Part shown: positions 39,981-50,587 of the stretch, in pieces
Position numbering within the stretch: the first letter of the stretch is position 1
Layout of the letters: every line of letters starts with the position of its first letter
Assembly: GCA_016218765.1 (NCBI GenBank)
Contig: JACRCZ010000074.1
Coordinates: 5,827-69,826, forward strand
Direction of reading: 5' to 3'
From: Deltaproteobacteria bacterium
GTDB taxonomy: Bacteria > Myxococcota_A > Polyangia > DRWM01 > JAAZOP01
Length of the DNA stretch: 64,000 bases
Notes under the pieces: generated by a model
What the model saw: only the letters and a program-made list of their open reading frames with translations
Databases searched by the model: none
What the model was told of the DNA's origin: nothing
Position numbers and translations under genes: made by a program

Positions 39981-41921
39981 TCACATCACCCGCGAAGGCT
40001 CGCGGTCCAGGCCCAGCCGCGCGAGCGTCTCGGGCTTGGGCACGCCGTCGGCGTCGAGGCCCTTGTGCACGTAGAACTCGTCGACCATCTTGTCGAAGCG
40101 CTCGCGGTCGATCTTCAGGCCGACGACGCCGGGGGCGCCCCGGCGGCACGGCTCGTCGAAGTAGCGGTGGTTCAGCATGTCGCCCTTGCGCGTGTCGCGC
40201 CGGGTCAGTCCCTCGCGGAGGTTGAACAGCCGCTCCATCATGTTGGCGCGCTCGGCGACGTCCCAGATCTCCCGCGGCGTGAACTCGAGGCCGGTGTTGA
40301 GCCGGATGACCGCCGGCCAGTCCTCGAAGTTGGGGTGCGTCGCGCCGAGGAACACCGTGTGGTACTTGCAGATGCCCAGGCAATCGACGGCCATGTAGCA
40401 GTTCTCCTGCCAGAAGACCTGCCAGGGCTTGCCGATGTACTCGGTGTGCTCCGAGCTGAGCGGCCCGTCGTAGGGCACCGGGCTCCCGTAGATCTTGCGC
40501 AGCACGGGCTCGGGCAGGTGGTAGAGATCGATGGCGGGACGGCTGCGCAGGTGGTCGGAGCCGCGCGAGGCGGTGGCGATGTTGAGCGCCAGGCCCGGCG
40601 TCGCACGCTCGTCGGAATGCAGGTTGCTCATCCCCTTGACCTGGATCAGGTAGTCGAACGAGTTCTTCCCAATGGCCTCGCTGGCGGCGAGGCCGCCGTC
40701 GGCCAGCGCGTTGGCCAGCCACCCGTCGCGGCGGCAGATGCGGTGGATCATCTCGAGGAGGGCCTCGTCGTTGCCGAACCGCAGCTCAAGGCCGCCGGTC
40801 TGCTCGCGGTCGATGATGCCCAGCTCGTACAGCTCCATGGCCCACGAGATGAGGCTTCCGATCTCCAGGTTGTCCACGCCGTACTGGTCGACGAGGTGGT
40901 TGCCGACCAGGACGGTCTCCGCGCTGCGGCAGTCGGGCTCGCCGGCGAACGCGCCCTGCGAGGTGTACTCGGGACCCTCGTCGTACTTCCCCTTGTAGGG
41001 GCCGGAGGGGATCTTGTACTGCGCGCGGCAGTGGACCTGGCAGGCGTAGCAGCCGGTCATGTGGTACGGACCCATCGTCTCGGTCGCGATCTCGTCGATG
41101 CGCTCAGGCTCGACGTCGTCGGCGTACTCGAGCTGGTTGTACTGGAAGTTGCGGGTGCGCACGCCGCCCCAGGAGTTGGTGGCGCCCCAGATGAAGGGGG
41201 TGCCAAGCGTGCCCTGGGTCTGGTTGACCTTGGAAGAGGTGATCTGCTCGATGAAGCGCTTGTTGTGCTCCAGGGCCTCGACGGGATGCGCGATGCGGAT
41301 GTCCATCGTGCCGCGGGCGGCGACGGCCTTGAGGTTCTTGGAGCCCATGATGCAGCCCATGCCGGTGCGGCCGGCCGCGTTCTTGATCCCGGTCATGACG
41401 TTGGCGAAGCGGACGAGCCTCTCGCCGGCGGGACCGCAGACCAGGCTCTTGACCTCGTCGTCGCCCAGCTCCTCGCGGATCGCCGCCTGCGCCTCCGTGG
41501 TCGTCTTGCCCCAGACGCGCGCGGCATCGCGGATCTCGATCCTGCCGTCGTGGACGTAGAGGTAGACCGGCTTGGGAGACCTGCCCTTGATGACCAGGTG
41601 GTGGAACCCGGCCCAGGCCAGCTCGGGCGCGAAGAAGCCGCCCATGTTGGCGGAGCCGACGAGGCCGGTGAGCGCGGATTTCGCCATGACGTGCGTGCGC
41701 GCGGTGGCCGAGGCGCAGGTGGCGGTGAGCAGGCCGCCGGAGATGAGCAGCACGTTGTCGGGGCCGAGCGGGTCGGCGCCCGCAGGCACGTGGTTGTAGA
41801 GCAGGTAGGCGTCCAGGCCGCGGCCGCCGAGGAACCGGCGGCGCATCTCGAGCGGGATGGGCTGGACGCTGATCTCGCCCGTGGTGAGGTTGACGTATCC
41901 GATCTTCCGGGAAAGAGGCAT
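39981..41921 (-). CDS. Aldehyde:ferredoxin oxidoreductase-family (tungstopterin, WOR) catalytic subunit
   Basis: LGGRGL, KSALTG, GPAGERLVRFA, GRTGMGCIMGSKNLKA, CYACQVHC, DQYGVD, RGSDH, GICK. Confidence 0.95.
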   Translation of the reverse strand: MPLSRKIGYVNLTTGEISVQPIPLEMRRRFLGGRGLDAYLLYNHVPAGADPLGPDNVLLISGGLLTATCASATARTHVMAKSALTGLVGSANMGGFFAPELAWAGFHHLVIKGRSPKPVYLYVHDGRIEIRDAARVWGKTTTEAQAAIREELGDDEVKSLVCGPAGERLVRFANVMTGIKNAAGRTGMGCIMGSKNLKAVAARGTMDIRIAHPVEALEHNKRFIEQITSSKVNQTQGTLGTPFIWGATNSWGGVRTRNFQYNQLEYADDVEPERIDEIATETMGPYHMTGCYACQVHCRAQYKIPSGPYKGKYDEGPEYTSQGAFAGEPDCRSAETVLVGNHLVDQYGVDNLEIGSLISWAMELYELGIIDREQTGGLELRFGNDEALLEMIHRICRRDGWLANALADGGLAASEAIGKNSFDYLIQVKGMSNLHSDERATPGLALNIATASRGSDHLRSRPAIDLYHLPEPVLRKIYGSPVPYDGPLSSEHTEYIGKPWQVFWQENCYMAVDCLGICKYHTVFLGATHPNFEDWPAVIRLNTGLEFTPREIWDVAERANMMERLFNLREGLTRRDTRKGDMLNHRYFDEPCRRGAPGVVGLKIDRERFDKMVDEFYVHKGLDADGVPKPETLARLGLDREPSRVM

Positions 41922-41922
41922 G

Positions 41923-42186
41923 TCAGCGGCCCTCCGTCTTGCGGCGCAACGCCTCCTCGGCGAGCTTGCGGTTCACGTCCCAGACCGGGCCGCGGATGCG
42001 CGGGAAGTCGGCGCGGATCCAGTGGACGCGGAACTCCATCCCGCACTCGGGGCACTTCACCTGCGCCTCCCCCGCCCGCGGCTGCAGCCGTCCCATGCAG
42101 CTCGGGTTGTGGCAGCGGAACTTGCCGTAGGTCCGCGTCTCGCGCAGCGCCTCGGCCGTGGATCGCTTTCCGTTCTCTTCGGCCAT
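41923..42186 (-). CDS. Small zinc-ribbon protein, first gene of the WOR operon
   Basis: GAGGAG RBS; CHNPSC...CPECG; stop lies 1 nt before the WOR ATG. Confidence 0.8.
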   Translation of the reverse strand: MAEENGKRSTAEALRETRTYGKFRCHNPSCMGRLQPRAGEAQVKCPECGMEFRVHWIRADFPRIRGPVWDVNRKLAEEALRRKTEGR

Positions 42187-42199
42187 GGTCAACTCCTCA

Positions 42200-42372
42200 A
42201 GTCACCGGAATGAACGAGCCTCGGAGGCCATCGGACAACAAGCCCTGGCGTCTTGTCAACACGTTTCTTCAACATCGACTGGTACCATCTGATATCAGAT
42301 GCAATCTGGCTTGACTTCAATCCGGATTGGTCTATCGTCCGCTTGGCGGTGCATGTTCACCGGGCTGAACGA
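42200..42372. promoter_or_regulatory. Divergent promoter region with operator-like palindromes
   Basis: AT-richer than flanks; perfect palindrome CATCTGATATCAGATG (42286-42301); GTTCA-N6-TGAAC (42355-42370) and a related box at about 42201-42216; TTGACT at 42311 (+) and TTGACA at 42254-42259 (-). Confidence 0.65.
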
Positions 42373-43130
42373 TGGGCAAGAGCTACCAGGCACCGGTCGT
42401 GGGAAAGGCGTTCGCGATCCTCGAGGTTCTCTCGCGGCGCGACGGGGGTCTGACGGTGAGCGAGCTGGCTGCCGCGGCGGGGCTCGGCAAGAGCACCGCG
42501 CTCGGCATCCTTTCGGCGCTCGAAGGGGTCCGGGCGGTCGAGCGCGATCCGGCCACGCGTCGGTACGTCCTGGGGTTGGGGCTGTTCGAGCTGGGCCGCG
42601 CGGTCGACGCGCGGCTCGACCTCAAGGACGTCGCCCGCCCGATCCTCGGGCGGCTCATGGATCAGAGCCGCCAGTCGGTGTTCCTGGGCGTGCGCGCGGG
42701 CGAGCACGTGACGGTGGTGGACGTCGTCGTGTCGCGCGCGGACCGGGAGGTGGCGGCCCCGGTCGGGACCCGCCTGCCGCTCCTGGCCGGGGCGACGGGG
42801 AAGGCCCTCCTGGCCTGCCTGCCGGAGGCCGAAGCCCTGGCGCTGGTGCGCAAGAAGGGGCTGCGGCGGTTCACGACGCGCTCGATCACGGAGCCCGAGC
42901 GCTACATGGAGGCGTTGGCCGAGGTGCGGCGCAACGGCTTCGCCTTGGACGACGAGGAGTACCTGCAGGGCGTGCGCGCGGTCGCGGCCCCGATCCTCGC
43001 CGGCGGCGGCCGGGCCGCGGCGATCTGGGTCGTGGGGTTCACCTCGAGCATGGACGGCGACCGGTTCGCGACCGTCGCGCGCGAGACGAGGCTGGCGGCG
43101 GAGGCGGTCGGGGCGAAGCTCAGGCCGTAG
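42372..43130 (+). CDS. IclR-family transcriptional regulator
   Basis: VGKAFAILE...LGKSTALGIL HTH; GATGKALLA; NGFALDDEEYLQGVRAVAAPI. Confidence 0.95.
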   Translation: MGKSYQAPVVGKAFAILEVLSRRDGGLTVSELAAAAGLGKSTALGILSALEGVRAVERDPATRRYVLGLGLFELGRAVDARLDLKDVARPILGRLMDQSRQSVFLGVRAGEHVTVVDVVVSRADREVAAPVGTRLPLLAGATGKALLACLPEAEALALVRKKGLRRFTTRSITEPERYMEALAEVRRNGFALDDEEYLQGVRAVAAPILAGGGRAAAIWVVGFTSSMDGDRFATVARETRLAAEAVGAKLRP

Positions 43131-43140
43131 GAGCATCACG

Positions 43141-43524
43141 ATGTCGTATTTCCGGGTGAGCGAGACGTGCAACGGGTGCCTGGCCTGCGTGCAGAACTGT
43201 CCCGCGCGGGCTCTCGACGCGCGCGACGAGGGCGACCGCCGCATCCTCCTGCACAACATGGCGCGTTGCGCGCGCTGCGGGACCTGCTGGCGCGTATGCC
43301 CGCAGCACGCCGTCGAGTTCCAGCACATCCTGGTCAGCTCGTGGGACGAGGTCGTCGTCCTGCCGCTGCTTCGCTGCGAGATCTGCGGCGAGGCCGTGCA
43401 CACGGCGAGGCTGCCTGCGGGGCTCGAGCCGCGACTGTCCGAGCTGGCGCCGCCGCTGTGCGATCGGCACCGGGCGGCGCGACGGGCGGCGCAGCTCCGG
43501 GTGCCGGCGGGAGGGGCGTCATGA
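43141..43524 (+). CDS. 2x[4Fe-4S] ferredoxin-like protein with extra C-terminal CxxC...CxxH site
   Basis: CNGCLACVQNCP, CARCGTCWRVCP, CEICG...LCDRH. Confidence 0.88.
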   Translation: MSYFRVSETCNGCLACVQNCPARALDARDEGDRRILLHNMARCARCGTCWRVCPQHAVEFQHILVSSWDEVVVLPLLRCEICGEAVHTARLPAGLEPRLSELAPPLCDRHRAARRAAQLRVPAGGAS

Positions 43525-44195
43525 TCGTCGGCGACCTGAAGACCTTCGACGAGATCGCCGGGTCGCTCGCCGGCTTCGAACGGGTCCTGGTGCTCGGCTG
43601 CGGCGGCTGCGTGACGGTCTGCCGCGCGGGCGGGGACGCCGAGGCGCACGACGTGGCGCGCGAGCTGTCGCACCCCCGCTGGTTCTCGCGGTCGGCGCCG
43701 CCGCTCTTCGAGGTGCGGACGATCGAGCGGCAGTGCGAGCACGACCTGCTGCGCGCGTTCCTGCCGCTGCCCGAGGGCACGCAGGCGATCCTCTCGCTGG
43801 CCTGCGGCGTCGGCGTGCAGATCGTCGCCGACGTTTTCGAGCCGTTGCCCGTGCTTCCGGCGTTGTCCACGACCTTCCTGGGCGGCTCCGACGAGCCCGG
43901 CGTGTGGCGGGAGAAGTGCAAAGGCTGCGGCGACTGCCTGCTCGCCACCACGGGCGGGGTCTGCCCCATCGCGCTGTGCGCGAAGAGCCTGCTCAACGGC
44001 CCGTGTGGCGGCTCGCACGACGGCCACTGCGAGCTCGGCCCCGACATCCCGTGTGCCTGGGTCCGCGTCTACCGGCGTCTCGAGGCCCAGGGCCGTCTTG
44101 ACCTGCTCGACGAGGTTCGCGGGACCCGCGACTGGCGCAAGGCGGGGTATCGGGGACCGAGAAGGCGATCACGCACGGGCGTAGCGCTGAGGTGA
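43521..44195 (+). CDS. metV: Methylenetetrahydrofolate reductase Fe-S/Zn subunit MetV
   Basis: GCGGCVTVC, RQCE, SLACGVGVQ, CKGCGDC...GGVCPIALCAKSLLNGPCGGS...CAW; ATGA overlap with the upstream gene. Confidence 0.92.
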   Translation: MIVGDLKTFDEIAGSLAGFERVLVLGCGGCVTVCRAGGDAEAHDVARELSHPRWFSRSAPPLFEVRTIERQCEHDLLRAFLPLPEGTQAILSLACGVGVQIVADVFEPLPVLPALSTTFLGGSDEPGVWREKCKGCGDCLLATTGGVCPIALCAKSLLNGPCGGSHDGHCELGPDIPCAWVRVYRRLEAQGRLDLLDEVRGTRDWRKAGYRGPRRRSRTGVALR

Positions 44196-44220
44196 GGGGC
44201 GGCGCCGGGCGGACCGGGGC

Positions 44221-44258
44221 TCGCGCAAAGCACGCAAAGGAACGCAAAGGGCGCAAAG
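44221..44258 (-). repeat. CTTTGCG x4 element (9/10/9 spacing), copy 2
   Basis: CGCAAAG at 44224, 44233, 44243 and 44252, between convergent genes. Confidence 0.85.
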
Positions 44259-44269
44259 GGAGAAGCGAT

Positions 44270-45319
44270 TCAGCGCTTCAGCGCATGACCCAGGATCCCC
44301 AGTCCCTCGCGCAGGCACGATTCCTCCGCCGACCATGAAATCCGCATCGTGCCGGGGACGCCGAAGAAGTGGCCGGGGGCGAAGAGCAGGCCGTGGCTGG
44401 CCAGGAGGCGCTCGGCCAACGCCAGCAGGTCGGGCGGGTCGGCGACGCGGATCAGGCCGAAGATGCCGGCCGAAGGCTCGACCCACGACAAGCGCGGGTG
44501 CGCCGCGACCCAGCGCGCCACGACCGCCCGCTTCTCCGCCGACGCCATCCGTCGCGCCCGCTCGGCCAGCGCCGGGAGCGTCAGAGCACGCCTCGCCCAG
44601 GCCGCGCTCGACGGCGCCAGCACCGACAGAGTCACCTGCGCGTCGCGCGCCCGGCGCACGACGTCGGCCGGACCCGCGAGCCACCCACCGCGCGCCCAGC
44701 CGAGACCCTCGAACTTCGTCACGCTGTCCGCGACCAGGATCCCGCGGTCGGCCCGACGGCACGACGGCGCGCCGTGGAAGCGGTGATAGACCTCGTTGAC
44801 CAGCAGCCGGGCGCCGGCCTCGCGCGCGACGGCCGCCACGGCGGCGATCGTCTCGGGCGCCGAGAACGTCCCGGTCGGGTTGTTGGGCTCCGTGACGATC
44901 ACGAGCCTCGTGCCCGGGCGGAGCGCGGCGCGAACGACGTCGGGCTCGAGCTTCCAGTCCGCCTGCTCACGCCGGTCGAGGCGATCGACCGCGGCGCCGA
45001 AGGCGGCCGGGATGTGCTCGAGCGGCTCGTAGGCGGGGCGTTCGACGAGCGCCCGGTCGCCGGGCGAGAGCAGGGCGGCGCAGGCCAGGGTCATGGCGCC
45101 CGTCGCGCCCGACGCCGCGGTCACCTCGTCGGCGCCCCACCCTTCCCTCTCGGCGACAAACTTCGAGAGTGCTTCCCACGTGCAGAAGTCGTCGACGACC
45201 TCGGGCGCGCCGACCTCGGCGGCGCCGATCCTCGGCGTGCCGCTCGTGGCCAGATCGCAGCGCAGGTCGTGGTACTTGGAAATGGCCCAGTTGAGGTACC
45301 CGGTGGCGGTGACGGTCAT
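44270..45319 (-). CDS. PLP-dependent aminotransferase class I/II-fold enzyme
   Basis: VERPAYEPL, PNNPTG, VNEVY, SVTKFEGLGWARGGW, APGHFF, MRIS. Confidence 0.9.
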   Translation of the reverse strand: MTVTATGYLNWAISKYHDLRCDLATSGTPRIGAAEVGAPEVVDDFCTWEALSKFVAEREGWGADEVTAASGATGAMTLACAALLSPGDRALVERPAYEPLEHIPAAFGAAVDRLDRREQADWKLEPDVVRAALRPGTRLVIVTEPNNPTGTFSAPETIAAVAAVAREAGARLLVNEVYHRFHGAPSCRRADRGILVADSVTKFEGLGWARGGWLAGPADVVRRARDAQVTLSVLAPSSAAWARRALTLPALAERARRMASAEKRAVVARWVAAHPRLSWVEPSAGIFGLIRVADPPDLLALAERLLASHGLLFAPGHFFGVPGTMRISWSAEESCLREGLGILGHALKR

Positions 45320-45527
45320 GGGGCGGAGGAAACGTCCGCCAGGGACGAATGTCAACGGCGAGGCGACCTGGGCCGCGGGAAGGCCGTCCGTTGCCGGCCC
45401 GCCGATTCGGCTTGCGCGGCACGTTTCGGCGTGCTACCCAGCCGGCGCCACGTCCGGGATCCGGAATGTCATGCGCTCGGACGGTCGGCAATCATGTCTC
45501 GGAGGGGGCGGGGGGGATGGAGGCGCC

Positions 45528-48695
<3,168 letters not shown>

Positions 48696-48701
48696 CCGCA
48701 G

Positions 48702-48776
48702 ACTCCGCCGATCGCCCCACTCCTCCGTTCGATCGACTCCTCCGATCGCCCCACTCCTCCGATCGCCCCACTCCTC
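48702..48776 (+). repeat. Intergenic 17-bp tandem repeat ACTCCTCCGATCGCCCC (about 4.4 copies)
   Basis: Units at 48702, 48719 (degenerate), 48736 and 48753, plus a partial unit at 48770. Confidence 0.85.
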
Positions 48777-48850
48777 ACCCCTTCTCTGCCCGACGTTGGT
48801 CCCCGGCCTCCCGGGATGCTACAGTCTCACGCGGCGAGGGAGGACCGGAC

Positions 48851-50575
48851 GTGAGCAAGGCGGGACGGGGAGGTGAGCGGCGGTGGTACCCGGCGGCGGC
48901 GCTCGTCACGCTGGTCCTGCCGTTCGCGGTCTCCATCGGCTGCTCCCACGACTGGAGCGCGTCCGAGCGTGATTCCGCGGACGATGACGGCGCCGGCGGC
49001 GACGGCATGGCCGACGCGGACCCCGAGACCCCCGACGCGCCCGACGCGGACATCGGTGAGCTGCCGCCGGCCGACGACGGGGGTTCCGAGGACGGTCCGA
49101 CGGCCGAGGACGCCGGCGAGGAGGACGCGGATCTCGACGACACGCCTCCGCCGGAAGACGCCGGCGACGCAGGCGGCGAGGACGGCCTCGCGGACGACGC
49201 GGCGGACGACGGCCCGCCCCCGCCCGTGTGCGGGAACGACGTGCTGGAGCCCGGCGAGGAGTGCGAGCCGCCGGGCAGCACGCAGCCCTGCACGTTCGGC
49301 GGATGCACCGGGTCCTCGCTCTGCCGCGACGACTGCTTCCAGGCCGCGTGCGACTACGGTCCCGCCCCCGCGGGGGACGCCTGCGGCTCGGGCAGCACTC
49401 CCCCGCCGCCGCTCCCCCCGGTCGGCTCGACCACCGTCCGGGGAACGACGTGCGGCGCTTCCGACGACGGGGTGGACTCCGCGTGCGGGACCGTGGACGC
49501 TCCCGACGTCCTGTACCGGCTCGACCTCTCCGACCCCGCCGTCGTGACCCTCGACACGGCCGGCAGCGAGTTCGACGCGGTGCTGCGCCTCGCCGACGCG
49601 TCGACGTGCCCGGGCTCCGAGCTGGCGTGCGACGACGACTCCTCGGCCGTCGCGGCCGGACAGGCCGAGCTGGTCGCGGCCCTCGAAGCGGGCTCGTACT
49701 GGGTGATCGTCGACGGCAAGAACGCCGATTCGACGGGCCGCTACGTCCTGAACGCGCGCTTCGAGGTCGTCGGCCCGGCGCCGCCCAACGACGCCTGCAC
49801 CGGGGCGACGACGCTCAACCTCGGCACCTCGCCCCGCTCGATCGGCGGGACGACGATCGGCGCCGGCAACCATCCCCGGGGCTGTCTGCTCGGCGGCGGC
49901 CCCGACGTCTGGTACACGTTCACCCTCGCGGAGCGTACGCTCGTCTACCTCGACCTGCTCGACGGCGGCGCGTGGAACGCGGTGCTCGACGTCCGGACCG
50001 GCTCCTGCCTCGCCGCGACCACGTCGCTGGCCTGCGAGGACGACGCGTGCGGCACGAGCCGTCCCCGCTACCTGGGCTGGCTCGATCCCGACACGTACTA
50101 CGTTTTGGTCGATGGCCGGTCCATCGTCGACTCCGGGATGTTCACGCTGCGGTACCAGGGGCTTCCGGCGACGCTGGGATGCGTGGCCGACGCGCTGCCC
50201 CTGGCCGCCGACGGCCGATACCTCGGCTCGACGACCCGCGGCACGAACCACGTCAACTCGTCCTGCGCCTCGATGTTCGGCGCGCCGGACGTCGTGTACT
50301 ACTTCGCGCAGTGTCCGGGAACCACCGTCTCGGCGACCACCTGCGACGTGGCAACCGACTTCGACACGGCGCTGTCGGTGTGGCGGCGCGGGTGCTCGAC
50401 GTCGGTCGACTGCAACGACGACGCCGCGATCGATTGCCGCTTCGGCGTCGGTTCCGCGGCCTCGGATCTGTCGATCGGGTCGCCGGCGTCCGGCCAGATC
50501 CAGCTCCTGGCCGTCGACGGCTCCGGCCGGATCGGATCCTCCGGCTCGTACGGCCTGAACGTCTCCGGGCTCTAG
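48851..50575 (+). CDS. Lipoprotein with acidic linker and three PPC-like beta-sandwich repeats
   Basis: GGAGG RBS; AVSIG-C; CGNDVLEPGEECE; three repeats of (A/G)PDVxY...FD...C(D/N)DD...VDG. Confidence 0.85.
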   Translation: MSKAGRGGERRWYPAAALVTLVLPFAVSIGCSHDWSASERDSADDDGAGGDGMADADPETPDAPDADIGELPPADDGGSEDGPTAEDAGEEDADLDDTPPPEDAGDAGGEDGLADDAADDGPPPPVCGNDVLEPGEECEPPGSTQPCTFGGCTGSSLCRDDCFQAACDYGPAPAGDACGSGSTPPPPLPPVGSTTVRGTTCGASDDGVDSACGTVDAPDVLYRLDLSDPAVVTLDTAGSEFDAVLRLADASTCPGSELACDDDSSAVAAGQAELVAALEAGSYWVIVDGKNADSTGRYVLNARFEVVGPAPPNDACTGATTLNLGTSPRSIGGTTIGAGNHPRGCLLGGGPDVWYTFTLAERTLVYLDLLDGGAWNAVLDVRTGSCLAATTSLACEDDACGTSRPRYLGWLDPDTYYVLVDGRSIVDSGMFTLRYQGLPATLGCVADALPLAADGRYLGSTTRGTNHVNSSCASMFGAPDVVYYFAQCPGTTVSATTCDVATDFDTALSVWRRGCSTSVDCNDDAAIDCRFGVGSAASDLSIGSPASGQIQLLAVDGSGRIGSSGSYGLNVSGL

Positions 50576-50587
50576 ACGGGACCACGC

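Noticed and set aside
39981-41921. Class II benzoyl-CoA reductase BamB
   Set aside because: Same family, but no bam-type Hdr/Nuo partners or aromatic-degradation genes are nearby, and the motifs look closer to general AOR-family proteins.
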